A DNA stretch of 35,176 nucleotides, from the IMG/VR virus record IMGVR_UViG_3300016265_000590, positions 1-35,176 of that record. One strand, written 5' to 3'. The translations under genes and the position numbers were made by a program. Position 1 is the first letter of the stretch. Each line of letters begins with the position of its first letter. The notes under the pieces were generated by a model. It saw only the letters and a program-made list of their open reading frames with translations. It was not told where the DNA came from and did no database searches. Of this stretch, positions 1 through 9,050 are shown piece after piece. The stretch is from a virus. Its lineage: Duplodnaviria > Caudoviricetes.

Positions 1-42
1 GCTCTGTGTGTGCGGCCGCAAGTTTCCGCAGCGTTTTTGCCA

Positions 43-516
43 ATGGGTAAACGCGGACCAAAACCGCAACCAGCTGCCGTCCGCCGCATGCTTGGCAACC
101 CAGGCAAGCGACCGATTCTGCCAGACCTGCCGGCACCGGCAGGTGCACCGCCGATGCCTAAGCGACTAATGGTTGATGCCGTCGCAGTTGCCAAGTGGCA
201 GGAGCTCGTGCCGATCCTTCTGGGCCTTGGGACTCTTACCACCGCAGACGGCGAGGCTTTGGCGACGCTGTGCGAGGTGCATTCATCCGCTCAGGCATGC
301 CTGCTCGAGCTTCGGGCCACTGGACCCGTGATGCACACTGATCTTGGCGGCGTGAAACCAAATCCGGCTGGCCCGTTATATCGCGGATTAGTGAGCCTCC
401 AGGCTTCCTTAATGGGCGAGTTTGGGCTGACGCCAACCTCTAGGACTCGCCTTGGTGGCAAAGAAGAAAAGCCAGCCGACGAAGTCGAAGAGTTCTTCCG
501 CGTCCACGGTGCGTGA
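43..516 (+). CDS. terS: Terminase small subunit, P27 family
   Basis: MGKRGPKPQP..GNPGKRP N-terminus and NPA...EFGLTPTSR C-terminus typical of P27-family TerS; precedes terL. ATG at 43 preferred over GTG at 10. Confidence 0.9.
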   Translation: MGKRGPKPQPAAVRRMLGNPGKRPILPDLPAPAGAPPMPKRLMVDAVAVAKWQELVPILLGLGTLTTADGEALATLCEVHSSAQACLLELRATGPVMHTDLGGVKPNPAGPLYRGLVSLQASLMGEFGLTPTSRTRLGGKEEKPADEVEEFFRVHGA

Positions 517-2115
517 ACTCTCAGACGACGGCCAGGCCAAGTACAAGCGTGTCGTCTGGTTCTTTGAAAATGTGCTGCGGCACAGCAAGGGCCAGAACGC
601 CGGCAAGCCGTTCAAGCTTCTGCCGTGGCAGCATCATATGCTGCGTGAGCTCTTCGGCCGGCTCAACCCGGACAAGACTCGTCAGCATCGTGTCGGCTAC
701 ATCGAGCTCCCCAAGAAGCAAGGCAAGAGCACGACGCTGGCCGGCTTGGCGTTGTATCTGACGGGCTTTGATGGGGAGCCAGGTGCCGAGTGCTATGGAG
801 CGGCCTGTGACCGTGAGCAGGCAGGCATCATCTACAGGGAAGCTGCCTCAATGGTGCGGGCCTCGCCTGCGTTGTCTCGCTACTTCGACGTAATCGACAG
901 TCGTAAAACAATCATTCACAAGGCAAGCAACTCGTTCTATCGAGTGCTATCAGCCGATGCGTTTCGTGCCGAGGGGCTTAACATCCACGCCCTGCTCTTT
1001 GACGAGCTCCACGCACAGCGTGACCGGCGGCTGTGGGATGCACTGCGGTACGGCGGTGCCGCTCGCCGGCAGCCGCTCCTGCTGTCGATCACGACGGCCG
1101 GCTATGACCGCAAGAGCATCTGCTGGGAGCAGCACCAATACGCTGAGCGGTGCATGGCCGATCCGAGCGTAGACCCGGCTTTCTTTGGCTGCATCTACGC
1201 TGGGCCGCCGGACTGCGGCGCGGACGGCTCGTGGAAAGAGGAGCGGGTATGGCGTATGGCCAATCCGAGCCTGGGTGAGACGATCACTCTGGAGTCGTTC
1301 AAGGCAGATGCCCGTGAGGCCGAGCAGAGCCCAAGCAAGCTCAACTCGTTCTTGAGATACCGGGGTTGTGCCCCTCGGCCTGGCGGCTGGGGGGCGCAAC
1401 CCAAGCACGGCTCAACGTCTGGACTACGCAGGACACCCGTTGGCTCTCGCCTGACTCGTGGGCCAAGTGCGGCAAGCCACTAGACGCTGACCTAGAGAAG
1501 CGTGAGTGGTTCGCTGGCCTCGACTTAGCGAGCACCACCGACCTCTCTGCGTTCGTAATGGTGAGCCAGGCCAGTGACGGCACTTTCGACGTGCTGCCGT
1601 TCTTTTGGGTGCCAGAGACAAACGCAGCCGAGCGGACGCTGCGGGACAAGGTGGATTACCTCGGCTGGATTCGTGACGGCTACATCCGTGCCACTGATGG
1701 CAACGTTACCGACTACGACGTGATCCGGCGAGACATCAACGAGCTCGCCAAGCAATACAACATCCGGCAGGTGGGCATTGACCGCTGGAACGCCACGCAA
1801 CTGGCGACGCAACTGCAAGGCGACGGCATAAACGTCTTAGGGTATGGGCAGGGCTACGCCAGCATGACGAGCCCCTGCCGACAGCTCGAAGCACTCACAT
1901 TGTCTGAGAGGATCAGGCACGCCAATCATCCGGTGCTCAGTTGGATGGCTGCCAACTGTGCCCTGCAAACCGATCATCAGCAGAACTGCAAACTGAGCAA
2001 GGCGAAGAGCACGGAACGCATTGACGGAATGGTGGCGCTAGTGATGGCTCTCGGCATTCACGCCACAGCCACGGCACCGCCACCTGAACAATCCTGGGAC
2101 ATCCTGACGCTATGA
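509..2115 (+). CDS. terL: Terminase large subunit, interrupted by a 47-nt insert (coding segments 509-1363 and 1411-2115, about 519 aa if joined)
   Basis: First frame has Walker A PKKQGKST, Walker B LLFDE and ITTAG. Second frame has nuclease motifs GLDLAS, IDRWNA and RIDG. Removing 1364-1410 gives contiguous NSFLRYR|LNVWTTQ. Confidence 0.9.
1361..1410 (+). other. Hairpin insert in terL flanked by matched CGG codons (candidate translational bypass element)
   Basis: 1363-1380 pairs with 1385-1402 (18 bp, 3 G-U pairs, loop UGGC). CGG at 1361-1363 is in the ATPase frame and CGG at 1408-1410 is in the nuclease frame. Confidence 0.75.
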
Positions 2116-3401
2116 GCGACCTCCTCGCCGATCACCGCATGCTCGAGCTCCGTGGCATCGACTGGCCCGAGGTGAGCAGCAGCCGCACGCCAAGCGGCAT
2201 CCGTGTGACGGCCGACAACTCCATGGCGTGCTCGGCCTACACGGCGTGCATCCGTGTGATCTCAGACGCCGTCTCGTCGCTGCCGCTGCACGTCTACGAG
2301 CGGCTCGCCAACGGCGGGAAGGCCAAGGCCACGAGCCACCCCATCTACCGCCTGCTGCACATGCAGCCGAATCCGTGGCAGACGGCCCAAGAGTTCCGCG
2401 ATTGGATGACCGGCATGTATCTCCACTACGGTGCGAGCTACGCCGAGATTCGCCCCGGTGCTCGTGGTGCAGTCTCTGAGCTGTGGCCGCTGCACTCCAG
2501 CCGGATGACGCCCGAGCGGCTTGAGAACGGCAGCGTTCGGTACAAGTACCGCGAGCCAAGCGGACGCGAGACGATCTACAGCCAGGAGCAGATTTTCTGC
2601 CTGCGGTTCACGACCGAGGACGGCGTGACGCCGGTGCCCACGTACAAGATGTTCCAGAACGTGATCGGGCTGGCCCAAGCAATAGAGACGCACGCCGCCA
2701 CGTACTTCGGCTCAGGGGCACGGCCGGGCGTGATTCTTGAGTCTGAAAATCCAATCCCGGTTGAGGCTGCCGAGCGGCTTCGCGAGTCTTGGGAGCGGAT
2801 GCACCGAGGGCCAGACCGTGCTCACCGCACGGCAGTGCTGCCCAACGGCGTGAAGGCCCACGAGTTGAGCAGCAGCAATGAGGCTGCCCAGATGCTGGAG
2901 AGCCGGGCGTTTTCGGTGATTGAGTGCTGCCGGCTGTTCCGTGTGCCGCCGCACATGATTCAGAGCCTTGAGCGTTCGACGTTCAACAATATCGAAGTGC
3001 AGGGAACGGAGTTTGTGCAGCACTGTCTGATGCCGCACCTTAAGCGTTGGGAAGCTGCCATCTCGCGGGATCTCATCGTTGATGATGAGCGGTACTTTGC
3101 CGAGCACGTTGTGAGCGGTCTGCTCCGTGGCGACCACGCCGCCCGTGCTTCCTATTTCGTGTCGGCCCTGCAGAACGGCTGGATGAGCGTGAACGAGATC
3201 CGCGAGCTTGAAAACCTCAACCCGATTGGGCCAGAAGGCGACAAGCACTTCGTGCAGCTGAACATGACGACGCTGGAGAAGGCAGGCGAAGAGCAGCCAG
3301 CACCAGAGCCAATGCCCGAGCCGCCAGCGGCCGAAGACGAAGACAGCCCAGAAGATGACACCGAAGACCAGGCCGAGGAGGACAGCGCAGATGGAACTTG
3401 A
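2112..3401 (+). CDS. Portal protein, HK97 family
   Basis: PNPWQT, FRVPPHMI, TFNNIE and GWMSVNEIRELEN motifs; follows terL. Confidence 0.95.
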   Translation: MSDLLADHRMLELRGIDWPEVSSSRTPSGIRVTADNSMACSAYTACIRVISDAVSSLPLHVYERLANGGKAKATSHPIYRLLHMQPNPWQTAQEFRDWMTGMYLHYGASYAEIRPGARGAVSELWPLHSSRMTPERLENGSVRYKYREPSGRETIYSQEQIFCLRFTTEDGVTPVPTYKMFQNVIGLAQAIETHAATYFGSGARPGVILESENPIPVEAAERLRESWERMHRGPDRAHRTAVLPNGVKAHELSSSNEAAQMLESRAFSVIECCRLFRVPPHMIQSLERSTFNNIEVQGTEFVQHCLMPHLKRWEAAISRDLIVDDERYFAEHVVSGLLRGDHAARASYFVSALQNGWMSVNEIRELENLNPIGPEGDKHFVQLNMTTLEKAGEEQPAPEPMPEPPAAEDEDSPEDDTEDQAEEDSADGT

Positions 3402-4065
3402 GCGACGCTGCCTAGCGTTTGAAGATTGCCCAGAAGCAGAGCTCACGATTGAGACTCGTGCCAACGGCACGCAGGTGCTGACGGGCTACGCAGCCGTCTA
3501 CAACCGATTCAGCCTGCCTCTTCGTGAGGGCGGCTCGCAGTTCCGCGAGATCATCCTGCCCGGTGCGTTTGACAAGATCCTGAACCGCCAGCGTGGCAAG
3601 AGCGACGTGGTGGCACTGCTGAATCACGACGCCAATCTGATTCTCGGCCGCACGTCGAGCGGGACGCTGGAGCTTTCCAGCGACGATAAGGGGCTGCGAT
3701 ACACGGTGACGCCGCCCGACACGCAGGTAGGGCGTGACACGCTTGAGCTCGTGCGTCGGCGTGACTTGCGTGGCAGTTCTTTCGCCTTTGGGCTGTCAGG
3801 CCCAAACGCCGAGCGGTGGACGAGCGATGAGCAAGGTGCCATCCGTGAGATCCGAGAGGTTTCGCTGCTGGCAGACGTGAGCGTAGTGCTGACGCCCGCA
3901 TACCCAGCAAGCAGCGTGACGGTGGCCCAGCGTTCGTACGAAGCATGGGTGGCGTCGCAGACTTCAGAGACTCCCGAGCCAGCGGCCCAGGCGGTCTGCT
4001 CGCGTTCGGCCCTGCGGGGCGTCGCCGCCGCCTGGGCCGCAAAACTTCGGCTGAAGAATGTCTGA
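3391..4065 (+). CDS. Prohead maturation protease, HK97 family
   Basis: GYAAVYN, FREIILPGAF, ALLNHD, GSSFAF and DVSVVLTPAYP motifs; SD GAGGAGG before ATG 3391. Confidence 0.93.
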   Translation: MELERRCLAFEDCPEAELTIETRANGTQVLTGYAAVYNRFSLPLREGGSQFREIILPGAFDKILNRQRGKSDVVALLNHDANLILGRTSSGTLELSSDDKGLRYTVTPPDTQVGRDTLELVRRRDLRGSSFAFGLSGPNAERWTSDEQGAIREIREVSLLADVSVVLTPAYPASSVTVAQRSYEAWVASQTSETPEPAAQAVCSRSALRGVAAAWAAKLRLKNV

Positions 4066-4228
4066 GCCTCGCTGCACATGCGGAGAGAAGTTGCGAACCC
4101 GCAGCAGTCGCCCGTGCGGTGACGAGCGGCAGCGTTATCTGCGTTGCCCACGATGCGGCCAGCGTGCTGTTGCGTTTGTAAAAACAACGCTTTCCGCCAT
4201 TCGCTTCTGCAAGACACCACGCCCGTAG
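4058..4228 (+). CDS. 56-aa Ogr/Delta-like zinc-finger protein (not in the ORF track)
   Basis: MSEPRCTCGEKLRTRSSRPCGDERQRYLRCPRCGQ...; C-x-C..R-SSR..RY..C..C spacing resembles P2 Ogr; overlaps the protease stop and fills the gap to the capsid gene. Confidence 0.65.
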   Translation: MSEPRCTCGEKLRTRSSRPCGDERQRYLRCPRCGQRAVAFVKTTLSAIRFCKTPRP

Positions 4229-4237
4229 TGGCATCGT
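4207..4237 (+). promoter_or_regulatory. Putative late promoter CTGCAAG-N18-CATCGT upstream of major capsid
   Basis: Same architecture recurs at 34287-34317. Confidence 0.45.
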
Positions 4238-4275
4238 GAACTTCATCGGCAATACCGCCGGCGGAGATCACATAC

Positions 4276-5592
4276 GTGGACAACCTCAAGAAGCTGCAGA
4301 ACGAGGCCATTGAACTGGCCAACCGGATCGACGCCGTGCGGGCGATCGAGAGCACCGATGCCGACAAGATCGCCGAGCGTGATCTTGAGCTGGAGACGCT
4401 GAACGCGGACGCCGCGAAGCTCTCCAAGAAGATCGACTTTGAGAAGTCGGTTGCCGAAGCGTCCAAGAATCTCCGCTCGGTCGTGGATCGCTGCACCCCG
4501 GCTCCCGAGGTGCGTGCTGAAGAGCCAAAGGTGCGGATCGAGTCCGTGCCGTTCTCGGGCAAGCTGCGGGCGTTCAAGTCCGAAGAGGACGCCTACAAGG
4601 CCGGCATGTGGATCAAGGGCCACCTGCGTGGCGACGCCGAGGCGAAGCGGTGGTGCCAGGACTACGGTGTTGAGGCTCGTGCCCAGGGCTCGACTGGTTC
4701 GACCACTGGCTCGGCTTTCGTGCCCGACATCCTGAGCAATCAGGTGCTGCGGCTCGTCAACGAGGATTCGGTTTTCGCGTCGAACGCCACACCCGTGACG
4801 ATGCCTTCCGACGTGGTGCTCGTGCCGCGCAGGACCGGCGGCGCTACGGCGTACTGGGTCAACGAAAACACGGCCATCACGGACAGCGACCCGACTCACA
4901 GCCAGATCACTCTGACTGCGAAGAAGGTCACGGCGGCAACCAAGGTTGCCACCGAGCTCTTCGAGGATTCGGTTGTGTCGATCGCTGACATGCTCGCTAC
5001 GGAGCTGGCCTACACGCTGACGCAGGCCGTCGAGACGGTGGCCTTCAACGGCAACTCGGGCAACGCTCCGAGCGTGGCTGGCATCCTGACTAGCAACGGC
5101 ATCCTCAAGAACTCGTCGGCTGACTACGCCGCGAGCCTTGTGACGGCTGCCGGTGACACCCCCGACGAGATCACCAAGGCCAACCTGCTGACGATGATGG
5201 GCACCATGCCCTCGCACAGCCGGCAGGGTGCCGCGTGGATTGTTTCGCCGTACGTGTTCGCCACCTGCTTCCAGGCTCTCGACGCCGCACAGGGTGGCTC
5301 GGTTGGCCTGGCTCAGGGGCTCGGCCTGACGTTTATGGGCTACCCGGTTCTCCTCTCGCACCAGTGCGAGAGCACCGGCGACCTGACGGGCAAGGTTATG
5401 GCTCTGTTCGCCAACCTCCGCAACGCCGCTCACTTCGGCGTGCGTCGCGGGCTCGAGATCGCGTCGAGCGATCAGGTGGCCTTCCTGAGCGATCAGGTGG
5501 TGGTGCGGGCGACGATGCGGTGTGCCATCTCGTGGAGCGAGCTCGGCAGCGACACCGTCGCTGGCCCGGTCATCGCCCTCAAGGGTGCCTGA
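4276..5592 (+). CDS. Major capsid protein, HK97 fold with N-terminal coiled-coil delta domain
   Basis: G..VP..LS..VLRLV, AYWVNE, ITLTAKK and FMGYPV motifs; strong codon bias; follows the protease. Confidence 0.95.
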   Translation: MDNLKKLQNEAIELANRIDAVRAIESTDADKIAERDLELETLNADAAKLSKKIDFEKSVAEASKNLRSVVDRCTPAPEVRAEEPKVRIESVPFSGKLRAFKSEEDAYKAGMWIKGHLRGDAEAKRWCQDYGVEARAQGSTGSTTGSAFVPDILSNQVLRLVNEDSVFASNATPVTMPSDVVLVPRRTGGATAYWVNENTAITDSDPTHSQITLTAKKVTAATKVATELFEDSVVSIADMLATELAYTLTQAVETVAFNGNSGNAPSVAGILTSNGILKNSSADYAASLVTAAGDTPDEITKANLLTMMGTMPSHSRQGAAWIVSPYVFATCFQALDAAQGGSVGLAQGLGLTFMGYPVLLSHQCESTGDLTGKVMALFANLRNAAHFGVRRGLEIASSDQVAFLSDQVVVRATMRCAISWSELGSDTVAGPVIALKGA

Positions 5593-5602
5593 GCCTGACG
5601 GC

Positions 5603-5621
5603 TTGACATGATGTGCAGACT
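5603..5621 (+). promoter_or_regulatory. TTGAC-N8-CAGACT short-spacer promoter-like motif
   Basis: One of five copies at gene junctions (5603, 15251, 16461, 21185, 27123). Confidence 0.45.
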
Positions 5622-5658
5622 GGGCGGGCCGCTCCACACCGGGGCGGCCCGCTCTTTT
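5622..5658 (+). terminator. Intrinsic terminator after major capsid gene
   Basis: 14-bp GC-rich stem (5622-5635 with 5641-5654), loop ACACC, followed by TTTT. Confidence 0.7.
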
Positions 5659-5669
5659 GCAGGGGAATC

Positions 5670-6401
5670 ATGCTCGTCAAAGTCGGCGGCACAGAAGTCG
5701 ATATCCGCGTTGAGGCAATCCTTTCGATGCCTCGCGTTTCGTTCACTGCCAACCACTTCGCGTGGGCTCAGGCACTCATGCCTCTGGGCATTCGCCCAAC
5801 GATGGGCACTGGGGCGTTCTGGGACCAAGTCAACACTCGTGTCATGGAGCAGTTCATCGACACGGCGGAATATCTGCTGTGCATCGACTACGACACATTC
5901 TTCACGAGGCAGGACGTTGAGACGCTTTTCGCGATGGCGATGACGTTTCAGTGCGACGCGATCACAGGGCTGCAGACGAAACGCGAAGACGGCCGCCCGA
6001 TGCTGACGCTCAAGGGCACGCTGGACGCACCGCCCGAGGAGGGCCACACGCAGCTGCCGGCGTCGTGGTTTGCCGAGCCCGTGCAGGAGGTGGACACGGC
6101 ACATTTCGGCTGCACCGTGATTTCGACGGCCGCGCTTAAGCGGAATAACAAGCCTTGGTTTTGGAGCAAGCCCGGCCCAGACGGCTCGTGGAATGAAGGC
6201 CGGCTCGATCCAGATATCTGGTGGTGGAAGAACTGGCGAGAGAGCGGGAACCGCGTATTCGTCTCGCCCCGCGTCGTTCTTGGGCACGGGGAATACGTCG
6301 TGACGTGGCCGGGCAAGAACCTTGCGGCCCCTGTTTTTCAGTGGACTACTGAGTTCACGAGCACCGGCAAGCGGCCAGAAACTGCATGGAGCGTGGGCTA
6401 A
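5670..6401 (+). CDS. GT-A fold glycosyltransferase-like protein
   Basis: YLLCIDYD (DxD), DTAHFGCTVI, DPDIWW and VVLGH motifs. Confidence 0.65.
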   Translation: MLVKVGGTEVDIRVEAILSMPRVSFTANHFAWAQALMPLGIRPTMGTGAFWDQVNTRVMEQFIDTAEYLLCIDYDTFFTRQDVETLFAMAMTFQCDAITGLQTKREDGRPMLTLKGTLDAPPEEGHTQLPASWFAEPVQEVDTAHFGCTVISTAALKRNNKPWFWSKPGPDGSWNEGRLDPDIWWWKNWRESGNRVFVSPRVVLGHGEYVVTWPGKNLAAPVFQWTTEFTSTGKRPETAWSVG

Positions 6402-6640
6402 TGGTGAAACTGAGATTTACCCGCGCGTGGCGTGGCTACCGCAAAGGGCAGCAGGCCGACGTGCCGGGCGGGCTCGCCACGCAGCTGCTCGCCCAGCGTG
6501 TCGCTGTTGAGGACAACCAGGGCAACCTGCTCGAGACGGCAGCACTCGACACGCCAGCAGAAACAGCAGACGCCACGCCGAAGCGCCGAGGACGCCGTGC
6601 AGTACCGCAGCCTGACAAGACAGACCGGGCCAGCCGTTGA
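6401..6640 (+). CDS. Small head-associated hypothetical protein
   Basis: MVKLRFTRAWRGYRKGQ; coupled to both neighbours in the head-completion region. Confidence 0.7.
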   Translation: MVKLRFTRAWRGYRKGQQADVPGGLATQLLAQRVAVEDNQGNLLETAALDTPAETADATPKRRGRRAVPQPDKTDRASR

Positions 6641-7214
6641 GCCCGTGACGGTGGCCGAGGCCAAGGCTCACCTGCGTGTCGATACCAGCGATGACGACAC
6701 GTACATCGGAACGCTCATCACTGCGGCACGCCAGTGGGTGGAGGAGTACCTAGACCGCACCCTGGTGCACACGCAGTGGGTTATGCGGCTCGACAAGTTC
6801 CCCGACAACGGCACCGAGGACGTGCCGCTGCCCAGGCCGCCGATGGTGACGAGCGGAACCGCTACGGCCGTCTCGCTGACGTTCACGGCCGAGAACGGAA
6901 CGACGAGCACCTACAGCACGTCGAGCTTCCGCGTGGACAGAAACGCCACGCCCGGGGCCGTCAAAACGCTGTACGGCCAGACGTGGCCGCCGCACCTGTT
7001 GGATGACAACGCCATCAGCGTGACGTGGTGGGCTGGCTACGGGGCTTCTGGCTCAAGCGTGCCGGCGGCGATTCGTCACGCCGTTTTGATGCTCGTGGGC
7101 CATTGGTACGACGGTGCCAGGCAGGCTGCTGTTTCAAGTGGAGCAGTCCCGCAAGACGTGCCATTTGGCGTGAAGTCTTTGCTTGACTCGCAGAAATGGG
7201 GCAGCTACCGATGA
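6597..7214 (+). CDS. Head-tail connector (gp6/gp15-like)
   Basis: EPVTVAEAKAHLRVD..DDTYI..LITAAR and VPAAIRHAVLMLVGHWY; GTG start with GAGG SD. Confidence 0.9.
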   Translation: MQYRSLTRQTGPAVEPVTVAEAKAHLRVDTSDDDTYIGTLITAARQWVEEYLDRTLVHTQWVMRLDKFPDNGTEDVPLPRPPMVTSGTATAVSLTFTAENGTTSTYSTSSFRVDRNATPGAVKTLYGQTWPPHLLDDNAISVTWWAGYGASGSSVPAAIRHAVLMLVGHWYDGARQAAVSSGAVPQDVPFGVKSLLDSQKWGSYR

Positions 7215-7612
7215 GCATCGAAGGCCGCATTAATGTTGACGTTCTGTTTCACGACAAGGACGGTACTGCGTCGCTCAAGGTTGTGAGCCTGCAGGATTCT
7301 GACGCCTATACGACTGGTGCTATGGCTTACTGGAGCGGCACCTGCGGCACCACTTCAGTGACGCTAACCTTTTCGCCAACGACGTACCGCAACGCCTCTG
7401 GGCAGATTGTCAACGTTGCTCCAGGCGGACTTGGACGCATTGCATTTCTTGCGAGCGGCAACGGCGGGACGCTGTCGCAGGTCAACGGATCGCTCTACAT
7501 GATCTCCCAGGACCACGCTTGCGTTAGCAACATTGACGAGCAGGAGTCCGTGTCTGTTGCGGCGCTTAACGGCACGACTCGCTACACGGTTGTCGTGTGG
7601 AGTGAGTCTTAA
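7211..7612 (+). CDS. Hypothetical virion protein
   Basis: Coupled ORF in the head-tail module; beta-rich composition. Confidence 0.7.
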   Translation: MSIEGRINVDVLFHDKDGTASLKVVSLQDSDAYTTGAMAYWSGTCGTTSVTLTFSPTTYRNASGQIVNVAPGGLGRIAFLASGNGGTLSQVNGSLYMISQDHACVSNIDEQESVSVAALNGTTRYTVVVWSES

Positions 7613-7926
7613 TGGACGCCGGCCGCCTCCGCGAGCGCGTGACCGTGCAGCAGGCTGCGGAGACTCGCAACGCCCTGGGCGAAACCGTTCTTTCATGGAG
7701 CACGTTTGCCGAGCGATGGGCGAGCGTCGAAGGCGTTTCGGCACGCGAGGCTCTTGCAGCTGGGCAGCAAGATGTGACTATCACGCACCGAGTCCGCATG
7801 CGGCACGTAAGCGGCATGACGCAAAATATGCGGATCTATTGGCGCTCACGGACGCTCAATATTATCAGCCTTCTCGAGTACGACAACCGCTCAGAGCACG
7901 TCGCCATCTGCGAAGAGGTGACGTGA
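7612..7926 (+). CDS. Head closure / head-tail adaptor (SPP1 gp16-like)
   Basis: MDAGRLRERVTVQ, WASVEGVSARE and THRVRMR motifs. Confidence 0.9.
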   Translation: MDAGRLRERVTVQQAAETRNALGETVLSWSTFAERWASVEGVSAREALAAGQQDVTITHRVRMRHVSGMTQNMRIYWRSRTLNIISLLEYDNRSEHVAICEEVT

Positions 7927-8630
7927 TGGCTGGCGGCATCGACATCAAGGTTGACTTTCCCGAGATAAAGCAGTTACGGGACGCCTTTCGTGGCTTTCGG
8001 CCAAGCCTTGCACGTAAGCACATGGGCGCAGCGATCCGCAGAAGTTTAGCTCCAGGCCTTACTGCTCTTCGCGGAAACGTCACCAAGGGGCCAACGGGCA
8101 ACTTGTCGCGGTCAATAACCAGCAAAGTCAAAACGTACCGCAATGGCAACGCTGTCGGCCTGGTTGGATTTGTCGCAGCCGGAAGCGGCAAGAACAAGTC
8201 GGCAGGCGGCGGCTCAGTAAAAAAAGGCAAGGACCGAGCGTTTCATGCCGGCTTTTTAGAGTTTGGCACGAAAGAGCGAGTAATAAAAACCTCGTCTCGC
8301 CGAGGCGGAGCGTCGATTGCCTCAAGCTTTAAAACGCTTGGCCCGTTCAAGATCGCAAAGGTGGCAAGACGTGGAAAGTTTGCTGGCGTTGTTCGCGTCA
8401 ATACGTCGCCGAAATATCCGAAAGCGTTTTTCAAAAAGGCACCGAGCGGCCAGCTTCTTAGCGTGCGCGAAATGCCTGTCGGAGGCAAGAAGGGCCAGCC
8501 GCCTGTCAGGACTGCTTACCGAGAATCTCTGAGCTCAATGCGTTCGGCCTTAGCGATTGAAATGACAAAATCGTTGATCAATGCACAGAAAGACTTGGCG
8601 GACAGGTTTCCCGTGAAGCCGCGAGGATAG
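7926..8630 (+). CDS. HK97 gp10-like tail completion protein
   Basis: TGNLSRSI and FHAGFLEFGT motifs; very basic protein; position. Confidence 0.75.
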   Translation: MAGGIDIKVDFPEIKQLRDAFRGFRPSLARKHMGAAIRRSLAPGLTALRGNVTKGPTGNLSRSITSKVKTYRNGNAVGLVGFVAAGSGKNKSAGGGSVKKGKDRAFHAGFLEFGTKERVIKTSSRRGGASIASSFKTLGPFKIAKVARRGKFAGVVRVNTSPKYPKAFFKKAPSGQLLSVREMPVGGKKGQPPVRTAYRESLSSMRSALAIEMTKSLINAQKDLADRFPVKPRG

Positions 8631-8633
8631 CCC

Positions 8634-9047
8634 GTGCTAAAGTCTCCCGAGACGGTTCTTGCTCGCGCTCTGGCTGCTGCCCCTGAGGTGGCAATCCTAG
8701 TGGGCACTCGTGCCTATCCGGTGCTGGCACCAGCGTCCGCATCATTGCCGTTTATGACTTGGCGTCGCGCTGCTATTGACCGGGAGCAGACGCTTGGCGT
8801 TCCGGCTGGAATGCCTCGAGTAACGGTCGAGTTTTCAATCTACGCCACCACGTACCAATCGGCTCGTCAGGTAGCCGACTCGGTGCGAGCGGTTCTGGAT
8901 GGATACGGTGGAAGTTTCGAAAATACAACGGTACGGCAAGCGGCCTTGCAAGACGAGTCAGACGACTTTGTGACTCTAGCTGGGACTGACTTGCCGCCCG
9001 TGTACCAAATCACGCAGCGTTACGACGTAATGTGGAGTGAGGACTAG
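8634..9047 (+). CDS. Tail terminator (DUF3168-like)
   Basis: VGTRAYPVLAP..LPF and YA.TY..A..VAD.VR..LDG motifs. Confidence 0.8.
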   Translation: MLKSPETVLARALAAAPEVAILVGTRAYPVLAPASASLPFMTWRRAAIDREQTLGVPAGMPRVTVEFSIYATTYQSARQVADSVRAVLDGYGGSFENTTVRQAALQDESDDFVTLAGTDLPPVYQITQRYDVMWSED

Positions 9048-9050
9048 CAG

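Noticed and set aside
10-42. Extended upstream starts in the ORF track (10, 452, 3355, 5613, 6432, 7533, 15320, 18395, 19549, 23075)
   Set aside because: They overlap neighbouring genes or regulatory sites; downstream starts with SD or coupling fit better.
1364-1410. Group I/II intron or intein in terL
   Set aside because: 47 nt is far too short, has no catalytic core, and is not a multiple of three.
509-2115. terL as a simple pseudogene or homopolymer sequencing error (G6 at 1389-1394)
   Set aside because: A one-base fix would leave about 16 foreign residues inside a conserved motif. The G run is fully paired in the stem and both halves look intact. Not excluded without reads.
4168-4186. 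P2 Ogr-type binding site TGT-N12-ACA
   Set aside because: Spacing is N13, it lies in coding sequence, and there is no equivalent at the second CTGCAAG promoter.
4243-5637. Long antisense ORFs (also 3624-4577, 20973-22079 and others)
   Set aside because: Shadow frames of GC-rich, codon-biased + strand genes; no recognisable motifs.
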